Shown piece by piece: positions 41,968 through 56,370 of a DNA stretch of 64,000 nucleotides. The position numbers and the translations under genes were made by a program. The notes under the pieces are model-generated. The model did no database searches, was not told the DNA's origin, and saw nothing but the letters and a program-made list of their open reading frames with translations. The stretch's first letter is position 1, and each line of letters starts with the position of its first letter. Source of the DNA: Octopus vulgaris (taxonomy: Eukaryota); NCBI GenBank assembly GCA_951406725.2, contig OX597828.1, positions 23,312,001 through 23,376,000 on the forward strand. The letters run 5' to 3'.

Positions 41968-42720
41968 TGACTTCTCCCAATTTTCCAACTATGCCAAGAT
42001 CACGCAGTTTGTGACATATCATTCCATGGTCGACTTTATCAAAGGCCTTTGCAAAGTCGAGATATATAACTTCCACATTTGAGTGGTTGAGCAGTCGTTT
42101 CAGCACCCAGTCATAGTGTTGTAGGAGCTGCGTTAAGCAGCTTCTTCCTGGTCGGAAACCGTGTTGGGTGTCAGGCAGCAAGTCATTTTCTTCAAGGAAG
42201 GTGATTAGTTTCCTTCTGACAATTCGTTCCATGAGCTTGCTGATATGTGAGGTCAAAGAGATAGGTCTGTAGTTCTTGGCCTCCACTCTGCTACCTCCTT
42301 TATGAATAGGGCATAGTTTACCTTCCTTCAGTTTTCTTGGGAGTTTACCAGTTGCAAGGAAGCTCTGAAAGAGGAACTGCAGTGGTCTTGCTAGGACTCC
42401 CTTACATACTTTTAGACGGATTGCTGGGAATACATCGGGGCCAGTAGCTGAGTTTGTTTTCATTTCATCAATAGCCTTTATTACATCGTCTTCCTTTATA
42501 TTGATGTAATCAATCATCGCTGCCTCTGATTTTATATCTGCAGTGGTAAAAAAAAGTCAGTTGGATTGCTGACTTGACAATGCCCTAGGGGTGGAGTGAA
42601 AATACTCTTGAATTGCTCATTTAGTATTTCACTTACACTCATTGGATTACCTGTGAGTGTGCCATCCTTTTCAAGGAGTGGCCCTATCCTACAGTGCACC
42701 GTAGCTGTTTCTTTGGCATA
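41968..42720 (-). mobile_element. CR1/L2-group LINE reverse transcriptase fragment, truncated at both ends
   Basis: ORF 41945-42517 contains GPD, PIHKGG..KNYRPISLTS..KLMERIV, QHGFRPGRSCLTQL and YLDFAKAFDKVDH; upstream linker IGPL...EILNEQFKSIFT; stops before the catalytic DD motif. Confidence 0.93.
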
Positions 42721-42874
42721 TATACATATAGTGCGCGTGTGTGTGTGTCTGTGTGTGTGTCTGTGTTAATTTGGCCAAAAAATAAAGATATATATTATCT
42801 CCAAATATAACATTATCTGTTTCATTACACGGCTTCACATCAGGAATTTTGAAACACAAATTCATAAACGTATA

Positions 42875-43271
42875 TACTCTTTTACTCTTTTACTTGTTTC
42901 AGTCATTTGACTGCGGCCATGCTGGAGCACCGCCTTCAGTCGAGCAAATCGATCCCGGGACTTATTCTTTGTAAGCCCAGTACTTATTCTATCGGTCTCT
43001 TTTGCCGAACCGCTAATTGACGGAAACGTAAACACACCAGCATCGGTTGTCAAGCAATGCTAGGGGGACAAACACAGACACACAAACCCCCCAATCACAC
43101 ACATATATACATATATACATATATACAACAGGCTTCTTTCAGTTTCCATCTACCAATTCCACTCACAAGGCTATAGCAGAAGACGCTTGCCCAAGATGCC
43201 ACGCAGTGGGACTGAACCCGGATCCATGTGGTTGGTAAGCAAGCTACTTACCACACAGCCACTCCTGCGCC
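42875..43271 (-). mobile_element. Near full-length tRNA-derived family A SINE
   Basis: Reverse complement starts GGCGCAGGAGTGGCTGTGTGGTAAG (A-box-like) then GGTTCAGTCCC (B-box-like); internal TA/TG tract; repeated AAAAGAGTA tail; matches 63727-64000. Confidence 0.92.
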
Positions 43272-43654
43272 TATATATATATACAGACACCTATATGTAA
43301 ATGATGAACATACAGGCACCTACATATGTATATAGGATATACAAAAAAATCTGCAGAGGTGTTTGCCGTACGAAAACACAAGCAGTTTTCATTAGACTTT
43401 TTAGAGTAGCAATCACAGGAATCTCCTTTCCAGGTATTTAGTGGGGACCGGTTCAATTTAGTAAACACTTATCCGAGGGCCACATAGTAGGATTAACGTG
43501 AAAAAAAGTGTTTTGCGCAAGGACAAAACACGCCGCCAAGATTCTAAACGCAGAACCTGGCAATCGTGAACAGGATAGCCTAACTACTATGCTACGCTCC
43601 TTCACTCCATAACACAAGACATCACATCGTACTGCATCCCAAGCAACATAGTGA

Positions 43655-43965
43655 CGGACGGAAACCTGCTTCAGTCATGAATGACCATGGGATTGCACCT
43701 AGAAACCTCCCCTCCGAAGGGCAAGTCCGGACAGTGCTTCTAGTGGAAGACCAGAATTTGCCTATGTATATCAGCCTCACCTCTCCGGGCCACTGACGTT
43801 ATCCAAGGGAAAGGCAAAACCCGATACAGATTAGTATCAGTGATGTCACAGCTGAGTGAACTGGAGCAATGTGAAATAAAGTATCTTGCTCAAGAACACA
43901 ACACACAGCCCAGTCCAGGAATAGATCTTACCACCCCATGTTTGCGAACCCGACGCTCTAACCAA
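43655..43965 (-). mobile_element. SINE related to family C with a different 3' tail
   Basis: GAGTGAACTGGAGCAATGTGAAATAAAGTATCTTGCTCAAGAACACAAC...GGAATAGATC...CTCTAACCA has a reverse tRNA-head layout; the core is shared with 9203-9245. Confidence 0.6.
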
Positions 43966-44529
43966 AGAAAACACTTCATTATAATACGGTCGACCACAAC
44001 AATACCACAATGCATACCACTCTACAGTCTTTCACACTAACCCATACTACATTTGACTAAACAAAACCGCATTACACTGCACCATATCATTATACACCGC
44101 ACCAATGTGGGCCGTCACATGCTCTAAAGCACCACATAAGAACTTATTTCACTACACCAAACATCATCCTATAGTCCGCGTAAATGCAGCACATCGTGAT
44201 ACACCACCGTTCATGGTTACACCATACAGCTGCATACTGCATCACTAGAGCAAATGAGGCCATACAGCCCCACCATACTCCAGCGCCAGGTCACGCAAAC
44301 TTACGCTCACTAAAGAACAAAATACCACATTACTCCACGTCGTATCTCAAGTTACCTCGCCAAAAACATCTGATACCAACCAGAGATTTTAACTTCGCTA
44401 CCAAACTCGGTCGGAAGACACATTAATGCCATCTTACAAGCAGCTTCCATAAGATTACCTCTAGTTTTATTCCCCTTTTATTACACACCCTCACAGACAC
44501 GCACACGTGTGTGCCTGTGCATATATACG

Positions 44530-44607
<78 letters not shown>

Positions 44608-44687
44608 TGTGTGCGTTTATGTATGTATGCACACAAATATATGTATATAGAATACACATACACACACACACACATATATATGTATAA

Positions 44688-44738
<51 letters not shown>

Positions 44739-45004
44739 TGTATTTGTGTATGTGTGTGTGTATACATAACATGCATATATGTATACTTATATATGCGTGT
44801 ATGCATGTATATTTCTGTTTAGTTACAATAGTTGCCTAGTTTGTTATCTTCTTCTTCTTCTTCTTCTTCTTCTTCTTCTTCTTCTTCTTCTTCTTCCTCC
44901 TCTACTTCTACTCCCTACTTCTTCTTCTTCCTCCCCTTCTGCTTCTTCTTCATTTAATTATTATTATTTATCATTATTATTGTTATCAAAATCATCATCA
45001 TCAA

Positions 45005-45046
<42 letters not shown>

Positions 45047-45680
45047 CTAGATTAGACGCTTATGGTGAGATAGAGCGCCGCAGAGTTTCACATAGTCAAG
45101 TAGCGGAAGGTAGAGAGGGATAGACAATGAAAGAGAGAAAGAAAGAAAGACAGAGTGCAGAATGAGAGATATATTTGTAAAGCAAAACTGAGTATGTCTG
45201 TGCGTATGTTTATATGAGTATATGCAAGTATGAATCTGCATATATATGTATGAAGCTGCATATGTTTGTCTGTGCCTATGTATAGTTCTAAGTATGTAAA
45301 AAGTGTATTTGCGTGTATGTATGTTGGTGCGTATGTATATACACTGTACGTGAGAGTGTGAATATGCGTGGATATGTAGAAATGGCCGATAACGTACAAG
45401 AGCCTTCGTTACTAAAGCGTCGGGTTCAGATGTGGATTTCGTATTTGAAATGAGGATAATACGCGCGCTCAAACACGCAAACATACACACACAAGCACAC
45501 ACACACACACACACACACCCAAACGCATGCAGACATACACACACATACACATATACAATCACACATGCGCACAAGACACAGAGAAGGGACGAGAGAGCGC
45601 GAGAGATAAATATACTCACGTACAAAGATACGCAGATTCGTTTACACGTATGTATCTGTCAGTATGTATATTCATAACGT

Positions 45681-45755
<75 letters not shown>

Positions 45756-46434
45756 TATATATACACACACATATATATATGCACAATAATAAGATAACCT
45801 CCTAAACATAGAAGAAATTATAAAATTATAAAACAAATGAACATAGATATGATTGCATGTTATATATATATGTTTGTGTGTATGTGTGTGTATTTATGTA
45901 TACACGCATATACTAATATATTCACATATATAGACACACACACATGTAATCATAAAGGAAACAAGCCACTAAACACACAAACAAAGAGAAATTTATGAAA
46001 AGAAAATGAAACGAAATGAATAAAAATAACAAAGAGAGGAAAGAGAAAAAGAAAGCCACCAAAAAGATACGATAAGAAAGATAGAGAAAAGAAGAGAAGA
46101 AAAACAGAAAGTAAGAAGGAGAAAGAGGAGAAGGGGAGAAACTAAGAAAAAAAAAGGCAGAAAGAGTGAATGAAGAAATGAATGCTGGGAAGAAAAAGAA
46201 ATAATATTTGAAACGCATTTAGATTGCGGAAGCAGAAAATTCAGCGTTAGAAAGACATGCTTAGTGAATTAGTTTGAGATAAAAGCTCTTTAATACATTA
46301 CAGCATTGGCTGTTCAGTCTTGTGTTTAAGACAACTTTCAATGAGAGGCAAATAAGAGTAATAATAATAATAATAACTATAATAACAATAATAACAATAA
46401 TAAAGATAATAATAACGATGATGAGGATGATAAC

Positions 46435-46487
<53 letters not shown>

Positions 46488-46489
46488 TT

Positions 46490-46572
<83 letters not shown>

Positions 46573-46788
46573 GATAATAATAGCAATAATCATGGGAGAG
46601 TATTTTGTAGAATTTGCCAGAATAATCGGATAGAATCAACGAGAGAAGTTTTTGAATGTTTTCTAAAGATGTTTTGAAATGTGTTTAAAACTAAATTGTA
46701 TGAAAATTTTTGAGTTTAATATGTGCAAAGGGACTCTGTGTGTGTATGTGGCGTCTATGTGTGCATGAATATGTATATATGTATGTAT

Positions 46789-46857
<69 letters not shown>

Positions 46858-46944
46858 TATATATATATATACGTACATGGCTATATACAGTATGAATATA
46901 TATCAGTATAATTATGATTAAATATTAATAGGTATAATTATATC

Positions 46945-46982
<38 letters not shown>

Positions 46983-47420
46983 TGTGTTTGTGTGTGCGTG
47001 TGTGTGTATGTATGTGTGTGTGTGTGTAAATATGTGTGTATACATTTTACATGTAAAATGTAGAGATTGATTGAGAGACACAGAGATAGCTAGAGAGAAA
47101 ATGAAAGCAGAAAGAACCCACGTGGGAGATACATATCTGAGTGTCTTGGTGTGAAGTGTAAAGTGTGTCTGTAACTATGATGTTTTGTTACCAAACGTTC
47201 ATATGATTATCATTGATATTGTTTATATTATTTACAAAGCGATTCTCTCTCTTCTTTTACACCTCCTCCTCCTGCTGCTTCATCAGCTCCACCTTTTCTT
47301 CAGCCTTCTTTCGTGCCTTTCATTTCAGGTGACAATAATGAAGGCAATTGCATCGTTTTCATATACAAACACAGCGAGCATAAAATACCCTCACATTCAT
47401 ATGCGCGCGAATGTATGTAC

Positions 47421-47522
<102 letters not shown>

Positions 47523-47754
47523 TGTGTGTGTGTGTGTGTGTTTATGTATATATATATATACGTATATATACGTATATATATGTATATATATGCATGTGTT
47601 TATATGCATGTATATACTTACATACATATATATGCGTTAATATATACACATGTACATATAAAATCCAAATATTGTTAATGACACGCCGTTGCATTAAAGT
47701 ACATAAATATAAAAGTTAAAGAATAGCTGAACATATATGTTATTATAAAAATCC

Positions 47755-47810
<56 letters not shown>

Positions 47811-48130
47811 CATATGTATATACATATATATATATATACATATACGTGTGTGTTTATGTGTATATATGTATCTATGTATGGATGGGCATGTCCACTAGAA
47901 TACAATACACGTACTCGAAATCACTAATAACTATCGCCCCATGCCTGCCCACCACTTAAGAACATATAGCGGAAAATCAGCCTCATCACCCACAGCAACT
48001 ATAAATGCGTTTGCTGGAATGTACGCAAGAGATTTTATCTGCAATTTCCTCCGCATCCCACTTATTTTCCTCCGTTTAATATCACATACGTCATTGATAT
48101 AATTATAAATATGTACCTATGTACATATAC

Positions 48131-48179
<49 letters not shown>

Positions 48180-48407
48180 TGTGCGTGCATGTGAATATCT
48201 CTACAGATTTTTGTATGTAGGTATGTGTGTGCATGCATTTACGTATATAGAATTACACTCATATCATATATGTGCGTGAATGCTTGCATCTGCTTGTTTG
48301 ATCAACTTTCTGAACCCTCCCGTTTATATATTATCGGTTTACTCAATTTTGTTATACACAAATAAAATAACATTATCTATTTGTCTACATATGCTCTTCT
48401 GATAGAT

Positions 48408-48462
<55 letters not shown>

Positions 48463-48465
48463 CAC

Positions 48466-48500
<35 letters not shown>

Positions 48501-48507
48501 CACGCAC

Positions 48508-48556
<49 letters not shown>

Positions 48557-48627
48557 TACACATAGTTATATACGTATATATATTATATATATATATATAT
48601 ATACATATATTTATATACGTATATATA

Positions 48628-48771
<144 letters not shown>

Positions 48772-49115
48772 GTTGTATCTATCTATATACTTTTACTCCA
48801 TTAGAATGAAAATCTGGCTATATGTTTTATCTGTGTGTTAAATCTTTATATAGATGTCTATTAAACAAGCTTTATAGCTTGCATTCTCTCTCAAATAACG
48901 TAAACAGATTATCTCTATACAAAATACCTGAAACACTAGACTTCCAGAATAAGCTTTATCTTCGTGAAGTTAGAACTGCTGTGCTCAATTAAACAGGCAA
49001 AACAACACATATACGAGCAAGTGGTATATTGTTGAAGATAAACAACGGAACAAAGTTGTGAAACCATAGATAAGAAATAACAATACGTGAAATGCATTAA
49101 ATTATAAATACGTAC

Positions 49116-49162
<47 letters not shown>

Positions 49163-49211
49163 TATATCGGATATGCTATTTTAAACGTATATATATATCT
49201 GACAGTAGAAT

Positions 49212-49293
<82 letters not shown>

Positions 49294-49799
49294 GAGACAC
49301 ATAGAGAGTGTGTGGGGGGAAGAGAGAGGGGGAGAGAGACGGTCTCCATAAATTATCTTTACAATTTGACAAATTCCGATAAGAAAATAATGAGGTATAA
49401 CTCAGCATGGTGTGCGCAACCAAAATCCCCCACGTCTCACTATTCTGATGTTTCTAATAATTCGGGTACTCATGTTTTACAATAAACCTTCATGATTTAT
49501 TCTACTATATGTTCTTTTAACTGCATTTCTGAAATCATAAAGGTAATTCATAGTCAACAGTATACAAATGTACACTGGCAGTAGAAGGCGTGTATGGTGT
49601 ATGTGTGTATATATATATAGAGAGAGAGACAGAGAGGGAGAGAAAGAGAGAGAGACAGAGAGGGAGAGAGAGAGAGAGATAATTATCGCTCGACTATCGT
49701 GGGTGTTACGTTCCAATTGGTGAAAGTCCGCGAAGTAGGAACGGTACGGTGGTGCATATTTTTTTTCATTATTTCAATTATTTCTATAATTTGTATATA

Positions 49800-50325
<526 letters not shown>

Positions 50326-50959
50326 TATTTATTTTATTAGAAATTCAAAAGAGCACGTATAAGAAATATTAAATATGTGTGTGTGTTTTGGCGTCTATGT
50401 GTGTTTAAGTATGCGTTTCAGATGACTCTAGAATGATACTGGTAACATATAATCCATTAAACTTTGGTCGAATCATCGGTGACCGATCTGGCGCACTCCA
50501 CGAAAAAGTCTAGTTTTGTCCGAGGGTGACTGTTTTGTACATCCCTTAAAACCGAAACTGACCAAGACCCTCTTAAATGACAGATGACGCATGCGTTTTA
50601 ACGACCATCCAACCGTGTGCAAATGTGCTTCTTTCATGAAATTCAGATGTAGAAATCCGTGCAGTGGTAAATATTTACGGATGCAGTCACAAATCTACAT
50701 CTAAATGATTGCAATTCACACTCGGACGTCATGACCATGTTTTCATAGACAAGAATTGCTTCGGTGGAGTTTACTATATCTTAGCAGCCTTGTGTAGGTG
50801 AGCACCGATCATCCTGTCACTCAGTATCTGGGTAGATACCGGGGATATATTCTTCCAAGTGATTGTGAAGTTACTCTAAGTAACTGCCTGTCTATATAGA
50901 CTGCCTGTCTATATATGCTTGTTACTTAACCGCAAATTATACCTAGTGATCAGAATGAG

Positions 50960-52480
50960 CGAAACTTTAAAGAGCAAAACATTTATAGCGAGAATATATT
51001 CTAAAGCAAAATATTAACATATGTTATTGGAAAGGAAGAACCGATCTAAATCGTGCAGAACATATACAAAGTCGAGTTGCATTACTGTTAAGAAATTGAA
51101 TCGTCTCATCATAGATAAAGCAGCAATATCAGGAACCGGACTTTTCTTGAGTAACTATTTGACAGAATGTTGTTCTGCAGATTTCCCGAAGAAATTAATC
51201 TATAAAAATATTTAGAGCAGTCATACAGTATCACTGGTCGAATAATAAACTTAAATATTTCTCTTACATGTGATCGTTATATTTCAATTCTTTTTGTGTA
51301 TCTGCTAATTCTTCAAGCAAAAGAGGACAGAATCTTATCTTTCTCTCCGTCACTCAGAAATACCATTTTCGCTACACAAATTTATTGTTCTCGAAGATTT
51401 TAATGCTCATGTCGGCAGACAATTTCAAATTTGATATTAACTTGGCCGACACGGTATTGGTCTTGAGAAAAATATTGAATTGCACTTATTTCAACTTTAC
51501 TTTGAAGATAATTTAAATATTTGTAACACTATGTTCGGCAGAGATTATGACATAAAATAACAACGGACACATTTACGATCAATGAAAGTTCACGTGACTG
51601 ATTTGATATTCTCCTCACGTAAAGATCCGATATGCGAGACATCAGTAGTCCACATGTTATATGTAGCGCAGATTGTGGCAGTGACCATAAACAAATAGAG
51701 GCGAAGTTCAAATTTTAGGTTTGTAAGAAAATTTGCAAAGTTGTTGATAAATTAACTTCATTGGATATATTGGAACTTGTATAAAGTAAGTTCAATTCTA
51801 CCAGATTCGATGGCCCAATTTCTAGGATCAGAGATATGGTTTGCGCGTTAATATCTACGGAATCAGCGAATGGTTTGGCAACAATAACAGTAATGTATTC
51901 CAGACATTGAAGGAAAAAAAATCACATTGTACACCTTTACTGAATCCTAATGTAGCGTTTAAAACATCCGAAAACTGTTATTATAAGTCACAGAAAGCAA
52001 CGAAAATTAAGAACAATTAAATATACACGGCGTTCAGAAATTTTATCGCATGTTCAAGATGCATTCAAGTGAATGAATCAAGGTTTTATATGGTCTTCAG
52101 ACAGGTATTTCCTGTAATTTCTTGGCTATCAAAAGACATTCTAAGAACACTGCGTTTCTCTATAGGTCACTGGAATGCCTAAAATGCTACAAAACTGTGA
52201 AAGATGTCTCTGGTGAAGGAAGGCGTTTATAACTTTGAACTAGCAGAGTCAAGACGTACTTTGAGGAGAGGAAATATCACGAATACACCACACGAAATGT
52301 AGTGTAGTCTTCGTCTCTTCTCAAAAGCTTGCTTTCTAAGCTACATGAAATCATACAGTAATTTGAGAATTCCAGATGCATCTAACAAATTGTTGCCACC
52401 TCTTGTGGTACCAACATCTGCGTAGCATATGCGGAAAACATTTCTGAGTAACCCGCGTTTGAAACGTTCATGAAAATGCA
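50960..52480 (+). mobile_element. Decayed, internally deleted RTE (BovB-like) LINE including the AP endonuclease region
   Basis: KKLNRLIIDKAAISGT (cf. RELxRLxIDIAALSET), IVLEDFNAHVG (GDFNA motif), LGRHGIG, NLNICNTMF and ADCGSDHKQI (SDH motif). Confidence 0.75.
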
Positions 52481-52490
52481 TGGGATGGAA

Positions 52491-52870
52491 GCACTCCGTC
52501 GGTTACGACGATGAGGGTTCCGGTTGATCCGAATCAACGGAACAGCCTGCTCGTGAAATTAACGTGTAAGTGGCTGAGCACTCCACAGACACGTGTACCC
52601 TTAACGTAGTTCTCGGGGATATTCAGCGTGACACAGAGAGTGACAAGGCCGGCCCTTTGAAATACAGGTACAACAGAAACAGGAAGTAAGAGTGAGAGAA
52701 AGTTGTGGTGAAAGAGTACAGCAGGGATCACCACCATCCACTGCCGGAGCCTCATGGAGCTTTAGGTGTTTTCGCTCAATAAACACTCACAACGCCCGGT
52801 CTGGGAATCGAAACCGCAATCCTATGACCGCGAGTCCGCTGCCCTAACCACTGGGCCATTGCGCCTCCAC
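52491..52870 (-). mobile_element. Well-preserved full-length tRNA-derived SINE, family C
   Basis: Reverse complement begins GTGGAGGCGCAATGGCCCAGTGGTTAGGGCAGCGGACT...GGTTTCGATTCCC (Pol III A and B boxes); related copies at 9065, 17150 and 55372. Confidence 0.9.
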
Positions 52871-53469
52871 CTGTACCATATAAGGGGTGGAATAATGACC
52901 ATGTAAGCCGGATATTTTGCTTTGCCTTCTGATACATTAATAATATTTTTAAATTATTCTTCTTTTCTCGACGGATAGGTTTGAATGTATACGCGTCTAT
53001 AAATTAATATGTATATACTTCCTTGCATGCTTTCAACTTAGTCTCCAATTATGTTGCTACTATATTTAAAGATGAGTACGGTGTAAATCCCCTTCCCCCG
53101 TTTGACAAGAGAACATTATTACGAATACTTGAAAGTAAAACGTCTTCATTTGTGCCAATTTACAGCCTCTTCTCAATTGGTTATTTTGGAACCGAACAAT
53201 TTGGCGTATGACTTTGACTGTATTATCTAAGAAATACGTCTCTCTCTCTCTCTCGATATATATAAATATATGTGTGTGTGTTTGTGTGCGTGTGAATGCG
53301 CATGTATGCATATGTACATATACATATATACGTATGCATATATGTACATATACATATATGCATATGTATATGTATATGAATATATATATACATCTCTTAT
53401 TATATATGTATGCATATATATATATACATATATACATATATATATATGTATGTATATACAGATATATAT

Positions 53470-53539
<70 letters not shown>

Positions 53540-54026
53540 TATACACATGCATACGCATACACACTCACACATCCATGACTGTAAATATTTGTATATGTAC
53601 GCATTCCTTTTCATGTCTGAGTGTGTATGGTTTGCGCTTAGGAACTGTAAGTGAAGAAAAGTTAACCCAATGCAAATTGGTTTATAAATTGTTATTAAGT
53701 CTATATAAGTGTCATACTTTGTTTTGGTATAAATATATCAATTTTCTGCTTAAGTTATTATATACTGGATAACAACATTCCATGATACCTCATACACATT
53801 GTACAAGTAACACACCTCCATGAACATGCAAAATTAACCTATTATCCATATGTATACTGATACAGCCGCATTCATCTATACACCGATATAGGCACATATG
53901 CACACATTCATATGGACACACACTCACACAAGCATACCTATATACGGACATATATAGAGAGAGGTGGGTATTTTAAGATACTCGCCCTGACTTGTATTTT
54001 CTTCTTCTTTTTGGTCTAGTATATGT

Positions 54027-54129
<103 letters not shown>

Positions 54130-54392
54130 CATGGTGGCCGCCCCCTCGTTATCGAGTATGGCCATTCACGAAGCATAATGTTGTTATCGTGCAATGCCTG
54201 TGCACGATAAAGTGAGGAGACTGAGTCAATCCCACTCACTAAGCAACAGCAGCCATAATCCGAAAAGAAGAACAAGTCAACATCATCGGTAACCACTGAG
54301 CCGCAGGTTTTATGTCAGAGTTATCCCAATTACCTAAGTTACCTTCTCCTAGAAGAATGCCCTACCAAAGGCTAGGAGTCCTTCACTCCCAA
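54130..54392. repeat. Probable retroposon-derived fragment following a (GATA)n tract
   Basis: Discrete GC-richer block ending CCTTCTCCTAGAAGAATGCCCTACCAAAGGCTAGGAG; recalled as RTE-associated, not confirmed within the window. Confidence 0.3.
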
Positions 54393-54429
54393 TGGTTTAA
54401 TATACATACATGCATACATTGATATAGAA

Positions 54430-54798
54430 AGCAAATAAGTAACAAGGATGTCTAAGTATGAATGCATTACAGCCGTTTCAAACGGCATCCTTTATTTGTT
54501 CAATGCAACCATTACATCAATTTGACAGACATCACACTCCTGAGTTTCAGACAACCATATAGATTTTCAGTATGAATCTTAAATCACTTCCCTTTGCTAA
54601 GTGTTTTGGTTTCTCGTACTGATGTAAATTTTGTTAACACATGGTTTATCCTTTATGTTGGAAATATATACGGTCGTCTGATGCTGAAGAGACCGGTTTC
54701 TTTCAAATTATGTAATGTTTGCATCGATTGATGAAATGGAGCCGCTCGAAACGGCCGTAATGCATTCAAACCTGGGTATCTTTGTTACTTATTTGCTT
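54430..54798. repeat. Imperfect inverted repeat (arms about 95 bp) of Penelope-type terminal repeats with degenerate hammerhead cores
   Basis: AGCAAATAAGTAACAAGGAT..GAATGCATTACAGCCGTTTC pairs with GAAACGGCCGTAATGCATTC..ATCTTTGTTACTTATTTGCT. Confidence 0.75.
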
Positions 54799-54878
54799 TT
54801 TATTAACCAAACTTCCAGCTGCGCGAACAATACCGAACAGACTTGGTACCTGAACTTAAGTACCCAATTCAAATGAAT

Positions 54879-54930
<52 letters not shown>

Positions 54931-55078
54931 TATATATATATATAATTAAGATTCATTTGAATTAGATGTATATATTATATATATATATGTATATATACAT
55001 ATATATATATATGTTATACATATTTGTATGTATATCTGGACGTATATCTCTATATACGCAGATAGATAGATAGCTAGC

Positions 55079-55157
<79 letters not shown>

Positions 55158-55371
55158 CTAGATAGATAGATAGGTAGGTAGGTAGGTAGGTAGGTAGAAG
55201 TGTAGACAGTTAAACAAACAGACAGGGAAGCAGATTGACAGACAGACAGATAAATAAATAGATAGAGAGAGGGGGGAAGGAGAGAGAGATATATATGCTT
55301 CCGGAATTTATAGGCACGCAACGCCCCATGTTTATATATATTCATATGTGTTATATATTCATATATATTTT

Positions 55372-55477
55372 GTTAACGTGTAAGTGGCTGAGCACTCCAT
55401 AGACACGTGTACCCTTAACGTAGTTCTCGGGGATATTCAGCGTGACACAGAGAGTGACAAGGCCGGCCCTTTGAAAT
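55372..55477 (-). mobile_element. Internal ~105-bp fragment of SINE family C
   Basis: Nearly identical (one visible mismatch) to 52559-52662. Confidence 0.9.
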
Positions 55478-55645
55478 TTTGTTTTATGTGAGTATATATA
55501 TGTTGTGTATTGAGATATCCACGCGCATTCATGGGCATATGTCAATGTGCACACGATTATGCGTATCTGTTTTTGAAATAACATGTTAATGTGTAGAATA
55601 TTATATAATATATTTAGCAAGTTTCTTGTCCTTTTCTTTCTAAAG

Positions 55646-55726
55646 GTCAGCCTGGTCGACCTGGAAGGCAAGGTGCCAAAGGAGACAAGGGTGATTTGGG
55701 ACAACGTGGCCAACCAGGTCTTACAG
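55646..55726 (+). CDS. Collagen triple-helix exon (81 nt = 9 Gly-X-Y triplets, split Gly codon at both ends): (G)QPGRPGRQGAKGDKGDLGQRGQPGLT(G)
   Basis: Pyrimidine-rich acceptor ...CTTTTCTTTCTAAAG ending 55645; CAG|GTAAGA donor at 55727; uninterrupted Gly-X-Y periodicity; length is a multiple of 9 nt; joins in frame to exon 35359-35437. Confidence 0.92.
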
Positions 55727-56163
55727 GTAAGATATCTTTACATATGTTACGTTTGTATATTATGTACAGCTATAATAATTATATTAGCCACAAGTATATA
55801 TTACCTACAATACATACCATTTCAACATACAAGAGATGGGAACAAAGTTAATTTCAATTTATCATTGGCACATATTTTCTATAACAACTTGATTACACGT
55901 ATATATCAGCGCGAGACATTTCAAAGTGGTATTTGGAAAACAGGTAAATTATGGTTATGATTTTAAAGCAAAATGAAGTTCCATTAATTGCAAAGAACAA
56001 GCTCGGTGTAATGTTGAGATTCACCTGTATACAATAAGATATATACATACACAAATTTTGTATGTATATATGTATGTATTTACGCATGCATGTATCTATT
56101 CATATGCATTTAATGCATATACACATGAGTAATGTGTTACAGTCTACGAAACACGGCTTTATT

Positions 56164-56211
<48 letters not shown>

Positions 56212-56287
56212 GTGTATGTATTACTGTACAGCAGTTAAATAAAACAGGAGAAATATAAATGCGTGTGTATATATGTGTCTGTATGTT

Positions 56288-56370
<83 letters not shown>

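Noticed and set aside
41945-42517. RT ORF as a functional or domesticated gene
   Set aside because: Truncated before the catalytic DD motif and frameshifted upstream; an ordinary LINE fragment.
47329-47412. Possible 84-nt phase 1-1 cassette exon ([28 protein letters not shown])
   Set aside because: Non-collagenous, its donor lies at a microsatellite edge, and it would replace the next exon's first Gly with Cys. Needs RNA-seq support before being considered.
52795-52870. tRNA-like sequences here and at 43210-43271 and 63727-63795
   Set aside because: SINE heads with A/B boxes that continue into SINE bodies; no complete cloverleaf.
55583-55960. 125-aa ORF from the track overlapping the collagen exon
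   Set aside because: Wrong frame; the splice-bounded Gly-X-Y frame explains the locus.
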